DNA of 64,000 nt from an uncultured Dehalococcoidia bacterium (GCA_958296445.1 OY282565.1:721936-785935); one strand, 5' to 3'; counted from the stretch's first letter, positions 35,505 to 44,985 are shown. The notes: generated by a model from the sequence alone, not told the origin. A program made the numbers and translations.

Positions 35505-36716
35505 TTAGGGTGGGGGCGTCCCCGGTTCGCCGAGATACTGAAGTGCCGCCGCGATTTCCTCCTGCACGCCAGGGTCGGTTTCGGCGCGGGCGGCGTCGGA
35601 CAGCAGGGCCGCGGCTTGCGGGCCGCCGATGCGCCCCAAGGCCCAGGCCGCATGGCCCCGCACCACCGGCCCGGCCCCGCTCAGTACGCGCCCCAACGCT
35701 GGAACCGCCGCACCGCTCCCGGCCAGCGGCGGCCCTAGGTTGCCCAAGGCGACACAGGCGTTGCGCTGCATCCCTTCCCGCTTGGCCCGCATTATCGAAG
35801 TTCCGGCGAAACGGGCGCGGAAATCATCCTCGGACATTTCCAGCAACTCCAGCAAGTCTGGGGAACCATTAACCGCAGAGGACACGGATAGCGCAGAGTT
35901 TTTTGGGGTTGAAACGCCCGGACGCGCCTTGCGGTTTACCGGGCAAACGTCTTGGCAGATGTCGCAGCCGAAAACCCAATCCCCCATCAGCGGGCGGAGT
36001 TCGCGGGGAATCGGCCCCCGGTTTTCGATGGTCAGGTAGGAAATGCAACGGGCGTTGTCCACCACATAGGGCGCCACGATGGCCCCGGTGGGGCAGTCCT
36101 CGATACATAGGACGCAGGCGCCGCAGGATTTCTTTAGCGGCGCGTCCGGCTCCAGCTCCAAATCGGTGATGACCTGTCCTAGAAACACCCACGACCCATA
36201 GCCCGGCGTCAGGATGTTGGTATTCTTGCCGAACCAGCCGATGCCTGCCCGGTTAGCCGCCGCCCGGTCCAGCATCGGCCCGTCGTCCACATACCAGCGG
36301 GCCGCCACCGCCGAACCCAATTCCTGCTCCAGCCCGCGCACAAACTCCCGCATCCGCCGCTTCATCGCCCGGTGGTAATCGCGCACCCACGCATACCGCG
36401 CCACCCGCCCGGCCGCCGCGGCGCCGCAATCATCGTCCGCATCCGCCGAACCATCATCCGCCGAACCATCCACCAGATAGCTCACCCCCAAGCAGATGAC
36501 CGACCGCGCCCCCGGCAGCAGCTCCGCCGGGCGCGTTCCCCGCATAACCCGCGATTCGGTATACCACGGCAGCCCGTCCATCCGCCCCGCGCGGATACGC
36601 TCCAGGGCGGCATCCCGGTCGGCGGCGAAGTCGTCGGCAGTAGTGACGCCCACGAGGTCGAACCCGGCGGCGCGGGCTTGGGCGGTGATGGTGGCTTTCA
36701 GGTGGGTTGCCGTCAT
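35505..36716 (-). CDS. queG: tRNA epoxyqueuosine(34) reductase
   Basis: CGACVLCIEDCPTGAI...ARCISYLTIE...GCDICQDVCPVN, plus a C-terminal HEAT-like region. The ORF extends to 36752. Confidence 0.9.
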   Translation of the reverse strand: MTATHLKATITAQARAAGFDLVGVTTADDFAADRDAALERIRAGRMDGLPWYTESRVMRGTRPAELLPGARSVICLGVSYLVDGSADDGSADADDDCGAAAAGRVARYAWVRDYHRAMKRRMREFVRGLEQELGSAVAARWYVDDGPMLDRAAANRAGIGWFGKNTNILTPGYGSWVFLGQVITDLELEPDAPLKKSCGACVLCIEDCPTGAIVAPYVVDNARCISYLTIENRGPIPRELRPLMGDWVFGCDICQDVCPVNRKARPGVSTPKNSALSVSSAVNGSPDLLELLEMSEDDFRARFAGTSIMRAKREGMQRNACVALGNLGPPLAGSGAAVPALGRVLSGAGPVVRGHAAWALGRIGGPQAAALLSDAARAETDPGVQEEIAAALQYLGEPGTPPP

Positions 36717-36775
36717 TGCCCAATGATAGCGCGGATGGTATGATTCCGCCAATCAGACACTAAGGAGATTGGAAA

Positions 36776-37891
36776 ATGCCGCTGTATCGCTGGGGTGCCG
36801 ACAAGCTGGAGCCAGTGCCGTCTACCAACTTTGAGTCTGAAAGTTTGATGGAACGGGGCGACTTGCAGAGACTGCTACGTGACCAGTCCGATGCCCTAGA
36901 AAAGGGGCTGTTCATCATCACAGAAGAGTACAGCAATTGGAAAGAATCTGGCCGTAGCATAGATTTGCTGGCGTTGGACAGCAAAGGCCATTTAGTGGTC
37001 ATCGAACTGAAGCGGACACAAACTGGCGACCACAGCGAGTTGCAGGCCATCCGCTACGCTGCGATGGTATCCAATATGACGCTGAATCAGGTTATTACCG
37101 CGCATCGTGAATACTTGGTGAAACGCGGCATTGACGAAGACGCGCGAGTTCAAGTCCTCAATCATTTGGATGCTGCTGACGAAGCGGATGCGGAAATACG
37201 CACTGAACGTCCGCGCATAATCTTGGCATCCGCAGGGTTCTCTAAAGAGTTGACTACCAGCGTTTTATGGTTGCGTGATGGCGGTATGGACATTAGTTGC
37301 GTTAAACTGCAACTTTATAGCGATGGCAATGGCTTGTTGTTGGATACAAGTCTTGATATTCCATTGCCCAACGCAAGAGATTATCAAACGCAAGTTCGGG
37401 TTAGGCAAGAAGAAGTCAGACAGCAGAGCCAAGTAACGAATACAATGGGAAGTGACGTTTTCCGACAGCGTATCGCCGATATGCCCGAAAGGGCCCAAGA
37501 AGAACTGACCCGCCTGTGTGATTTGGCTGATTACTTGGAAAGAGAAGGCTTGGCTCGCCCTATGACACGGCAAGGGTCTACTAACACCGTATTGAGAGTC
37601 AACCTGCCAGGAGCAAATACTAGGTTGATCAATGCTTACATCACTAATCCGAATGGCAAGAGCATTGGGTTTTATCGTGGTGCATGGGAAAGACACGCCC
37701 GCGAATCAATGAATCGCTTGGAAGAAGCCATTGAACCCAATGCTCTGAATGTTTATGGCACTTACCTGGCCGAATGGTCTGATGAGATGCTGGCCGTCGT
37801 GCGCGACGCCTACCGCGAGGCCAACGGCGTCTTGCCCCCTACAGCCCCTCTCCCTGATACCGCCCCGCATACCCCCGGCCCGGCGGCGTAG
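36776..37891 (+). CDS. NucS/DUF91-like PD-(D/E)xK nuclease-domain protein with unknown C-terminal half
   Basis: ESESLMERGDLQRLLRDQSDALEKGLFIITEEYSNWKESGRSIDLLALDSKGHLVVIELKR (E...D...ExK). Visibly lower GC than queG and the dut-like gene. There is a convergent 53-nt overlap with the next gene. Confidence 0.6.
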   Translation: MPLYRWGADKLEPVPSTNFESESLMERGDLQRLLRDQSDALEKGLFIITEEYSNWKESGRSIDLLALDSKGHLVVIELKRTQTGDHSELQAIRYAAMVSNMTLNQVITAHREYLVKRGIDEDARVQVLNHLDAADEADAEIRTERPRIILASAGFSKELTTSVLWLRDGGMDISCVKLQLYSDGNGLLLDTSLDIPLPNARDYQTQVRVRQEEVRQQSQVTNTMGSDVFRQRIADMPERAQEELTRLCDLADYLEREGLARPMTRQGSTNTVLRVNLPGANTRLINAYITNPNGKSIGFYRGAWERHARESMNRLEEAIEPNALNVYGTYLAEWSDEMLAVVRDAYREANGVLPPTAPLPDTAPHTPGPAA

Positions 37892-38360
37892 ACAGGCGGA
37901 AAAACGCTAGTTGCGCCGCCCGCGCATTACGTTGCAGCCGGAACCCGGCGGGGTGATGCACCGCCAGTAGCGACTGCGAGCGTCCGCGGTAGCCCGCATC
38001 CCACACCGCCGTGTGTAGCGATACGCCGCAACGCAGCAGGCTGGAGCGGGGGCGGCCCAGCGCCATCAAGTCCCGCGGCAGGTTGACAGCTTCGTTGAAC
38101 GTTATCAGATACGCTCCCGGCGGCAGGGTTAGCCACCCGTCGGCGCCGAACTCCAGCGGCGCGGCGCCGGCCAGCACCCTATCGGCGTCCGATGCGCCTA
38201 GCTGCCCCGGCGCAACGAACCGCGCCGCCGCCCTTGCCGTCAAGTCAAAGCCGTTGGGCTGCAATTGCGCCTCAAGGTCAACGTAATCCGCAATCAGCGG
38301 CGGGCTGCCGTCTACTATCAGATGCCGGATTTCCTCGCGGTTCAGCGGATTGCCTTTCAT
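37839..38360 (-). CDS. dCTP deaminase/dUTPase-superfamily protein (archaeal-type dUTPase-like)
   Basis: GRPRSSLLRCGVSLHTAVWDAGYRGRSQSLLAVHHP...RNARAAQLAFF, a GRSS..R.G....vDaGy.G pattern. Confidence 0.7.
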   Translation of the reverse strand: MKGNPLNREEIRHLIVDGSPPLIADYVDLEAQLQPNGFDLTARAAARFVAPGQLGASDADRVLAGAAPLEFGADGWLTLPPGAYLITFNEAVNLPRDLMALGRPRSSLLRCGVSLHTAVWDAGYRGRSQSLLAVHHPAGFRLQRNARAAQLAFFRLSTPPGRGYAGRYQGEGL

Positions 38361-38440
38361 AGCCGCCCCAAAGGATTGGCCCGGACGGGCTTTCGCCAAT
38401 CCGGGCCGATGGTTGCCGGAATTTGCCTAATGCCGCACCG

Positions 38441-40066
38441 CTAGTCGTGCATGAAGTCCTGCATATCGGCGGGGAGGGGCTTTTCGATGGGGATTTCGGT
38501 GATGATGGCTTCGGTGGTTAGCATCATTCCGGCGATGCTGCCGGCGTTTTCGAGGGCCGAGCGGGTGACCTTTACCGGGTCTATGATGCCGGCCTGAATC
38601 AGGTGGGTGTACTCGCCCAACTCGGCGTTGAAGCCCCAGTCGCCTTCGCCGGAGCGGACGTTATTGACTACCACCGGGGCCTCGTAGCCCGAGTTTTCGG
38701 CAATCAGCGACAAGGGGGCGCTCAGGGAGTCGCGCACCAGCCGGGCGCCTAGGGCTTCGTCGCCCTCTAGGGAGCGGATAACGCCGTCCAGCACGTGGCC
38801 GGCGCGAATCAGGGCCACGCCGCCGCCGGGGACGATGCCCTCTTCGATGGCGGCGCGGGTAGCGGACAGGGCGTCCTCGGTGCGCGACTTGCGCTCGCTC
38901 ACTTCCGGCTCGGTGGCCCCGCCGACCTTTACCACCGCCACGCCGCCCACTAGGGCGGCCATACGCTCTTGCAGCTTTTCGCGGTCGTAATCCGAGGTGG
39001 TTTCCTCGATTTGCACCCGTAGCTGGTCCAGCCGGTCCTTGACGCCCTGCTCCGGGCCGTGGCCCTCAATGATGGTGGACTCGTCTTTGGTGGCGACCAG
39101 CCGCCGGGCGGAACCGAGGTGCTCAAACTCGGCGGTGTCCAGCCGCAGCCCGCGGTCGGAGCTGATGACCGTGCCGCCGGTGACGATTGCCATATCTTCC
39201 AGCAGGGCCTTGCGCCGCTCGCCGAACCCCGGCGCCTTGACGGCTACGCAGTCCAGAATGCCCCGCACCTTGTTGACCACTAGGGTGGACAGAGCTTCGC
39301 CGTCTACGTCCTCGGCAATCAGAACCAGCGTCCGGCGGCCGGCGCCTACCATCTTTTCGAGGATGGGGATGAGGTCGTTGGGCGAGCTGACTTTCTGGTC
39401 GGTGAGCAGGAAAGAGGGGTTGTCGAGGGCGACTTCCATCCGCTGGGTGTCGGTTACGAAGTGGGGCGACAGATAGCCGCGGTCAATGCGGACGCCTTCC
39501 ACGAAGTCCAGTTCGTCGGACAAGGATTTGGATTCCTCGATGGTCACCACGCCGTCGCGGCCCACCTTTTCTAGGGCGTCGGCCAGTTCCTCGGCGATGG
39601 CTTCCTCGTGGGCGGACAGGGCGGCGACGCGGGCAATCTGCTCGCGGTTTTCCACCGGGATGGCCATATCGCGGAGTTCGGCCACTACTGCGTCCACAGC
39701 GGCCTCGATGCCGATGCGCAGGCTCATTCCGTTGGCGCCGGCGGCCACGTTCTTGAAACCGTGGCGCACGATGGCGTCGGCCAGCACCACCGAGGTGGTG
39801 GTTCCGTCGCCCACGGCGTCGTTGGTTTTGGAGGCCGCTTCCTTGACCAACTGGGCCCCCAGATTTTCGTAGGGGTCGGGCAGCTCGACTTCCTTGGCGA
39901 TGGTGACGCCGTCGCTGCACACCACCGGGTTGCCGAACATCCGGCTGAGCATCACGTTGCGCCCGCTGGGGCCGAGGGTCAGGCCGACGACGCGCCGCAA
40001 CTGCGACACACCGCTCAGCAGGCTTACTTGGGCTTCCGAATCAAAGGTTAGCTGCTTGTCCGCCAT
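38441..40066 (-). CDS. groL: chaperonin GroEL (no adjacent groES)
   Basis: AVGDGTTTSVVLA...; ...VVKVGGATEPEV.E+K.R.EDAL.ATRAAIEEGIVPGGGVAL. Confidence 0.97.
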   Translation of the reverse strand: MADKQLTFDSEAQVSLLSGVSQLRRVVGLTLGPSGRNVMLSRMFGNPVVCSDGVTIAKEVELPDPYENLGAQLVKEAASKTNDAVGDGTTTSVVLADAIVRHGFKNVAAGANGMSLRIGIEAAVDAVVAELRDMAIPVENREQIARVAALSAHEEAIAEELADALEKVGRDGVVTIEESKSLSDELDFVEGVRIDRGYLSPHFVTDTQRMEVALDNPSFLLTDQKVSSPNDLIPILEKMVGAGRRTLVLIAEDVDGEALSTLVVNKVRGILDCVAVKAPGFGERRKALLEDMAIVTGGTVISSDRGLRLDTAEFEHLGSARRLVATKDESTIIEGHGPEQGVKDRLDQLRVQIEETTSDYDREKLQERMAALVGGVAVVKVGGATEPEVSERKSRTEDALSATRAAIEEGIVPGGGVALIRAGHVLDGVIRSLEGDEALGARLVRDSLSAPLSLIAENSGYEAPVVVNNVRSGEGDWGFNAELGEYTHLIQAGIIDPVKVTRSALENAGSIAGMMLTTEAIITEIPIEKPLPADMQDFMHD

Positions 40067-40212
40067 CGTTGGCTCCTTATTATGTTTAGGGTATTTCTAG
40101 GGGATTGCCTTAAAAGAACACGCGCAAACACATTAAAATATGCGCCAATGTAGGGGGATTGTCAACCTTAAATTGGCAGTCGGGCCAGCCGAGCGCTAAT
40201 CCAGGCACTAAG

Positions 40213-40728
40213 CTACGGGTCAACCGCCCCTATGGGAGTAACGCCGTCCTGCCCCCCGGCGTCTTGGGCCAGTTGGGCGACGCTCCGGCTCAGGGCCGGG
40301 TGAACCGCCGACGGGGCCAACTCGGCCAGGGGTATCAGGGCGAAGGCCCGCAGGTGCAGCCGGGGGTGGGGAATCTCCAGATGGGGCAGGTTCACTATCC
40401 GGGAGCTGTAGAGCAGTATGTCCACGTCGATCAGACGCGGCCCCCAGCGCGGCCCCGGCTGTCGGCCTATTTCCTGCTCGACGGCCTGGCAGCGCAGCAG
40501 CAGCGGCTCCGGCTCCAGCGTGACGGCGGCCTCGGCGGCGCAGTTCAGGAAACGCGGTTGGTCGGCGACGCCCCACGGCTCGGTTTCGTATACCTGCGAC
40601 ACGCGCAACAGCCGGACGCCCGGCGCGGCGGCCAACAGGCGCAGCGCATCCCGCAGGTTGGCCCAGCGGTCGCCCAAGTTGGTCCCCAAGCCTAGATAGG
40701 CGATGATTTCGTCGGGTTTCGCTGACAT
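40213..40728 (-). CDS. folK: 2-amino-4-hydroxy-6-hydroxymethyldihydropteridine diphosphokinase
   Basis: AYLGLGTNLGDR...VSQVYETEPWG...RWGPRLIDVDILLY...LEIPHPRLHLRAF. Confidence 0.9.
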   Translation of the reverse strand: MSAKPDEIIAYLGLGTNLGDRWANLRDALRLLAAAPGVRLLRVSQVYETEPWGVADQPRFLNCAAEAAVTLEPEPLLLRCQAVEQEIGRQPGPRWGPRLIDVDILLYSSRIVNLPHLEIPHPRLHLRAFALIPLAELAPSAVHPALSRSVAQLAQDAGGQDGVTPIGAVDP

Positions 40729-40745
40729 TTTCTGCCGTTCCTGCC

Positions 40746-40930
40746 GGATTCCCGCCTGCGCGGGAATGACGGGATTACTTCCGCTGCCTGTCATTCTGAG
40801 CAAAGCGAATGCCTGTCATTCTGAGCAAAGCGAATGCCTGTCATTCTGAGCAAAGCGAAGAATCCCGGCTTGGTCGGTGAGACCCTTCGCTTTGCTCAGG
40901 GTGACAAAGGGGAATTTCACAATTTTCTCG
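40746..40930. repeat. REP-like hairpin (attcccgcctgcgcgggaat) plus composite GAGCAAAGCGAAG-family repeat with 3 tandem half-units
   Basis: cctgtcattctgagcaaagcgaatg twice, then ...aagaatcccggcttggtcggtgagacccttcgctttgctcagggtgacaaaggggaatttcacaattttctc. Confidence 0.85.
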
Positions 40931-40951
40931 TATATTGCCGGGGATGGCGAA

Positions 40952-41869
40952 TCAGGTTGGCAGCCATCCGTCGGGGCGCCAGTTGCGGATGATGGCGTCG
41001 CTTACCCGGCAGACTCGCGCCATTTCCCGGACGTCGTGGACGCGCACGATGTCGGCTCCGGCGGCTATGGCGAGGGCAACGGTGGCGGCGGTGCCTTCGA
41101 TGCGCTGTTCCGGGGGCAGATTCAGCAGCCGCCCGATGGTGGACTTGCGCGATGTGCCTACCAGCAGGGGCAGCCCTAGGCCCGCGTCGCCGTGGCGGGA
41201 CAAGCGGCCCAGCTCGCGCAGGGTTTCGATGTTCTGGTCGGCGGTCTTGCCGAAGCCGATGCCGGGGTCAACTATCAGGTTGGCGCGAGGGACGCCCGCG
41301 GCTAGGGCGATTTCGACGCTGCGTTGTAGCCCGCGGATGATGCCGTCCAGCAGGCCGCCGTTTTCGTAGTGGTGGCCTTGCTGATTGTGCATCAGCATCA
41401 GCCCGGCGCCGTGGGCCGCCGCCGCTTCCGCCACGCCCGGCCCCGGGGCGGGTTCGGGCGGCCGCAGCCCCCAGATGTCGTTGATGATGCTGGCCCCGGC
41501 GTCAAGGGCGGCGCGGGCCACCGCCGGTTTCCAAGTGTCAACGCTGATGGGGATGGCAACGCGGGCCGCCACCGCCTCAAGCGCGGGCAACAGCCGCCGC
41601 AGCTCCTCGGATTCCGGCACCGGGCTATGCCCCGGGCGCGTGGATTCGGCGCCGATGTCGAGGAAGTCCGCGCCCTCGCCCTCGAAGCGCAACGCCTGCT
41701 CCGCCGCGGCCCGGACATTCGCCCGCGCATCCTGCCCGCCCAGCCCGTCGCCGGAAAAGGAGTCGGGCGTGACGTTAATCACGCCCATAACATAGGTGCG
41801 GCGGCCCCAGGAAAGGCGCTCGCCGTTGGCGACGGTGAGGCCGGTTAGGGCGGTCATTCCAGCAGGCAT
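40952..41869 (-). CDS. folP: dihydropteroate synthase
   Basis: YVMGVINVTPDSFSGDG...GADFLDIGAESTRPG...ISVDT...INDI...DPGIGFGK. Confidence 0.9.
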   Translation of the reverse strand: MPAGMTALTGLTVANGERLSWGRRTYVMGVINVTPDSFSGDGLGGQDARANVRAAAEQALRFEGEGADFLDIGAESTRPGHSPVPESEELRRLLPALEAVAARVAIPISVDTWKPAVARAALDAGASIINDIWGLRPPEPAPGPGVAEAAAAHGAGLMLMHNQQGHHYENGGLLDGIIRGLQRSVEIALAAGVPRANLIVDPGIGFGKTADQNIETLRELGRLSRHGDAGLGLPLLVGTSRKSTIGRLLNLPPEQRIEGTAATVALAIAAGADIVRVHDVREMARVCRVSDAIIRNWRPDGWLPT

Positions 41870-41957
41870 ATCAGCGGCCTTGCGGCATCGTATTTCAACG
41901 GGCAGTTGAGCCGGTAATCCCAATTTTACCCCAAGTCATTCGGGGTCTTTAGGCGAT

Positions 41958-42038
41958 TGTCTGAATCAGGATTTGCCGGATTTGCGGATTTTCGGGATGT
42001 TTCCAATCCGGTGAATCCTGAAAATCCTGATTCAGACA
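41958..42038. repeat. MITE-like palindromic element copy (81 bp)
   Basis: tgtctgaatcaggatttgccggatttgcgg...gaaaatcctgattcagaca. Confidence 0.65.
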
Positions 42039-42071
42039 AAGATAGAAACGCCCGGCAATTTTATCATCGTT

Positions 42072-42230
42072 GGGCGTGACGTTGATCACGCCCATAACGT
42101 AGGTGCGGCGCCCCCAGGAAAGGCGCTCGCCGTTGGCGACGGTGAGGGCGGTTAGGGTGGTCATTCCAGCAGGCATATCAGCGGCCTTGCGGCATCGTAT
42201 TTCAACGGGAAGTTGGGCCGGTAATCCCAA
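42072..42230 (-). pseudogene. duplicated 5' fragment of folP (first ~53 codons)
   Basis: Encodes MGLPAQLPVEIRCRKAADMPAGMTTLTALTVANGERLSWGRRTYVMGVINVTP and then runs into the MITE copy. Confidence 0.8.
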
Positions 42231-42264
42231 TTTTACCCCAAGTCATTCGGGGTCTTGAGGCGAT

Positions 42265-42353
42265 TGTCTGAATCAGGATTTGCCGGATTTCAGGATTCAC
42301 CGGATTGGAAACATCCTGAAAATCCGCAAATCCTGAAAATCCTGATTCAGACA
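42265..42353. repeat. MITE-like palindromic element copy (89 bp)
   Basis: tgtctgaatcaggatttgccggatttcagg...gaaaatcctgattcagaca. Confidence 0.65.
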
Positions 42354-42475
42354 AAGATAGGAAATGCCCGGCAATTTTATCATCGGGCATAGCGTCTAGC
42401 GGATATGCGCGATAAAATGCGGCGGGAAAAGCGGGCGGCGGCAAGAGAGAGTCGGACGATAGAGCAGGAGGCTAC

Positions 42476-44041
42476 GTGACTGCGGAGCAACGGCAGATTG
42501 ACCGGCAGTTGGAAAACCTGGAATCCATGCGCCGCCAGTCGCGGCTGGGCGGCGGGCAGAACCGCATTGACCAGCAGCACCGGCGGGGCAAGCTCACCGC
42601 CCGCGAGCGGCTGGAGCGGCTGATGGACGAAGGCACCTTTCAGGAGCTGGACCCCTTTGTCACCCATCGCACTTCCGATTTCGGCTTGGGCGACCGGCGG
42701 CCTTTGGGCGACGCCGTGGTGACCGGCTACGGCAAGGTGGAAGGGCGGCAGGTGTTCGCCTTTGCCCAAGACTTTACCGTTATGGGCGGTTCCTTGTCTG
42801 AGGTGGTAAGCCAGAAGATATGCAAGGTGATGGACTTGGCGGCCAAGGCCGGCTGCCCGGTGGTGGGGCTGAACGACTCCGGCGGCGCCCGCATCCAGGA
42901 GGGGGCGCTGTCGCTGGCGGCCTACGGCGATATTTTCCTGCGCAACACGTTGTACTCCGGCGTGGTGCCGCAGATTACGGTCATCGTCGGCCCGGCGGCC
43001 GGCGGCGCGGTGTATTCCCCGGCCATCACCGACTTTATCTTTATGGTAAAGGAAATCGGGCAGATGTACATTACCGGCCCCGACGTTATCAAGGCGGTGA
43101 CCGGCGAGGAAGTGGGGCATGAGGAGTTGGGCGGCGCCGCCACCCACGCCACCCGCAGCGGCGTGGCCCATTTCGTCTGCGAAACCGAGGAAGAGTGCAT
43201 CAACGAGGTGCGCCACCTGCTCAGCTACCTGCCCGGCAACAATATGGACGACCCCCCGGAAGACCCGGCGGACGACCCGCCCGGCCGCCGCGAGCCGGAC
43301 TTGCGCTATCTGGTGCCGGAAGACCCCGGCCGCCCCTACGATATGCGCGACGTGGTGTACAAGGTGGTAGACCACGAAGAATTTATGGAAGTGCATCAGA
43401 ACTACGCGCCCAACATTATCGTCGGCTTCGCCCGGATGAACGGGCGGCCCGTGGGCATCGTCGGCAACCAGCCCGCCTACCTGGCCGGGGTGCTGGACAT
43501 TGACGCATCGGTCAAGGCGGCCCGTTTCGTCCGCTTCTGCGACTGCTTCAACATCCCGCTGGTCACCTTTGTGGACGTTCCCGGCTTTCTGCCCGGCGTC
43601 ACCCAAGAATACGGCGGCATCATCCGCCACGGGGCCAAGCTGATTTTCGCCTACGCCGAGGCCACCGTTCCCAAGGTGTCGGTCATCACCCGCAAAGCCT
43701 ACGGCGGGGCCTACATCGTGATGAGCAGCAAGCACCTGCGTTCCGACGTCAACCTAGCCTGGCCCGCCGCCGAAATCGCCGTAATGGGGGCCGACGGCGC
43801 GGTAAACATCATTTACCGGGAGCAAATATCCCAATCGGAGAACCCGGAGCAGACCCGCCGCGAGCTGATAGACGACTACAAGGAACGCTTCACCACCCCC
43901 TACATAGCCGCCGGCCGCGGCTTCCTGGACGACGTGATAGACCCGGCCGACACCCGCCCCCAAATCATACGCGCCCTAGAAATGCTCCAGACCAAGAGCG
44001 ACAACCTGCCCCCCAAAAAGCACGGCAACATACCCCTGTAG
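42476..44041 (+). CDS. acyl-CoA (propionyl-/methylmalonyl-CoA-type) carboxyltransferase beta subunit
   Basis: [22 protein letters not shown]...[14 protein letters not shown]...[13 protein letters not shown]...; GTG start. Confidence 0.9.
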   Translation: MTAEQRQIDRQLENLESMRRQSRLGGGQNRIDQQHRRGKLTARERLERLMDEGTFQELDPFVTHRTSDFGLGDRRPLGDAVVTGYGKVEGRQVFAFAQDFTVMGGSLSEVVSQKICKVMDLAAKAGCPVVGLNDSGGARIQEGALSLAAYGDIFLRNTLYSGVVPQITVIVGPAAGGAVYSPAITDFIFMVKEIGQMYITGPDVIKAVTGEEVGHEELGGAATHATRSGVAHFVCETEEECINEVRHLLSYLPGNNMDDPPEDPADDPPGRREPDLRYLVPEDPGRPYDMRDVVYKVVDHEEFMEVHQNYAPNIIVGFARMNGRPVGIVGNQPAYLAGVLDIDASVKAARFVRFCDCFNIPLVTFVDVPGFLPGVTQEYGGIIRHGAKLIFAYAEATVPKVSVITRKAYGGAYIVMSSKHLRSDVNLAWPAAEIAVMGADGAVNIIYREQISQSENPEQTRRELIDDYKERFTTPYIAAGRGFLDDVIDPADTRPQIIRALEMLQTKSDNLPPKKHGNIPL

Positions 44042-44070
44042 AAAACGCCTGCTATCCTGCTATATGGAGT

Positions 44071-44211
44071 GAGAAAATTGCGAAATTCCCCTTTGTCACC
44101 CTGAGCAAAGCGAATGTCACCCTGAGCAAAGCGAAGGGTCTCACCGCCCAAGCCGGGATTCTTCGCTTTGCTCAGAATGACAGATAGCGGAAGGAATTTC
44201 GCAATTTTCTC
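44071..44211. repeat. complete copy of the composite intergenic repeat
   Basis: gagaaaattgcgaaattcccctttgtcaccctgagcaaagcgaa...gcgaagggtctcaccgcccaagccgggattcttcgctttgctcagaatgacag...ggaatttcgcaattttctc. ctgagcaaagcgaag and cttcgctttgctcag can form a 15-bp stem. Confidence 0.85.
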
Positions 44212-44288
44212 GTGGAGCGAGTAGGGATAGCGCCATCATCAACCCGGTGTTAATATGGATACACTTGATAACGGAGGCACACCGGGCA

Positions 44289-44462
44289 ATGACAACATCC
44301 AACGGACAAGTTTACTGGCAAATTGGCGAGCTACGGGGCGAGCTAAACGGCCTGAACCGCCGAATGGATGACTTGCATCGCCTGCTGATGGTGTTGATAG
44401 GAATAGCAGGCGGCGGGCTGATTACGGCCGTCACCAGCCTAGTACTACAGTTGCTGAAATAA
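44289..44462 (+). CDS. hypothetical small tail-anchored membrane protein
   Basis: GGAGG 13 nt upstream. MTTSNGQVYWQIGELRGELNGLNRRMDDLHRLLMVLIGIAGGGLITAVTSLVLQLLK. Confidence 0.35.
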   Translation: MTTSNGQVYWQIGELRGELNGLNRRMDDLHRLLMVLIGIAGGGLITAVTSLVLQLLK

Positions 44463-44517
44463 ACCGCCGCCCGCTTGCCCCACCCGGCGGCAAGGCGCAC
44501 CCCGGCGGGGCAGGTCG

Positions 44518-44985
44518 TCATTCGCCCTCGCCCGTCGCTATGGGCAACAGCTCGCCGGTGAGTCGCCGCCAGCGGTTGCGCTCTGATCTAGTGGTGATAG
44601 AGGCCGGGCGCTGCGGCTGGCGGCGCAAGGTATCCAGTTGCTGAAGCAAGTTCTTTGCGGTGATTATGCGGCCCCCGATTTCGTCCAGTTCCATATCGTC
44701 TTCGTAATAATTGATGTGCAGCTTTTCTACGGCGTCGTATAGAAACATCAGGTCGGGCCGTTGCCACTCCTCGCACAGCAGATAGGCGGCGTCGTTGAGC
44801 AGGCGGTGGCCCCAATGGTTCCAGCCCCGTTGCTCGGCGATGGACTTGATGGCCTCGGCTACTGCGCCCCAACCCTTTTCCGACGCTTGCACCCGGTCGC
44901 CTGCTTGCAGGTATTCGTCGGCCTTTTGGATGTAGTGGCGGCTTAGGGCGGCGTACTTTTCCGGTTCGTAATTTGGTTGTTGCAT
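44518..44985 (-). CDS. PaREP1-like (HEPN-superfamily-related) protein, copy 1
   Basis: YIQKADEYLQAGDRVQASEKGWGAVAEAIKSIAEQRGWNHWGHRLL...LHINYYEDDM parallels the PaREP1 pattern (GD.vQASEK.WGA...A.K..A...G....sH..l...LH.NFYE). Confidence 0.6.
   Translation of the reverse strand: MQQPNYEPEKYAALSRHYIQKADEYLQAGDRVQASEKGWGAVAEAIKSIAEQRGWNHWGHRLLNDAAYLLCEEWQRPDLMFLYDAVEKLHINYYEDDMELDEIGGRIITAKNLLQQLDTLRRQPQRPASITTRSERNRWRRLTGELLPIATGEGE

Larger units (their letters stand above)
41765..42385. repeat. tandem duplication (307-316 bp units) of folP 5' end + upstream region + MITE-like element
   Basis: gggcgtgacgtt(a/g)atcacgcccataac... recurs at 41765 and 42072. ggcaattttatcatcg recurs at 42054 and 42370. 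Confidence 0.85.

Noticed and set aside
40067-40212. Missing groES upstream of groEL as an anomaly.
   Set aside because: Stand-alone additional groEL copies are common in several phyla, and the 146-nt gap cannot hold groES. This is not unusual by itself.
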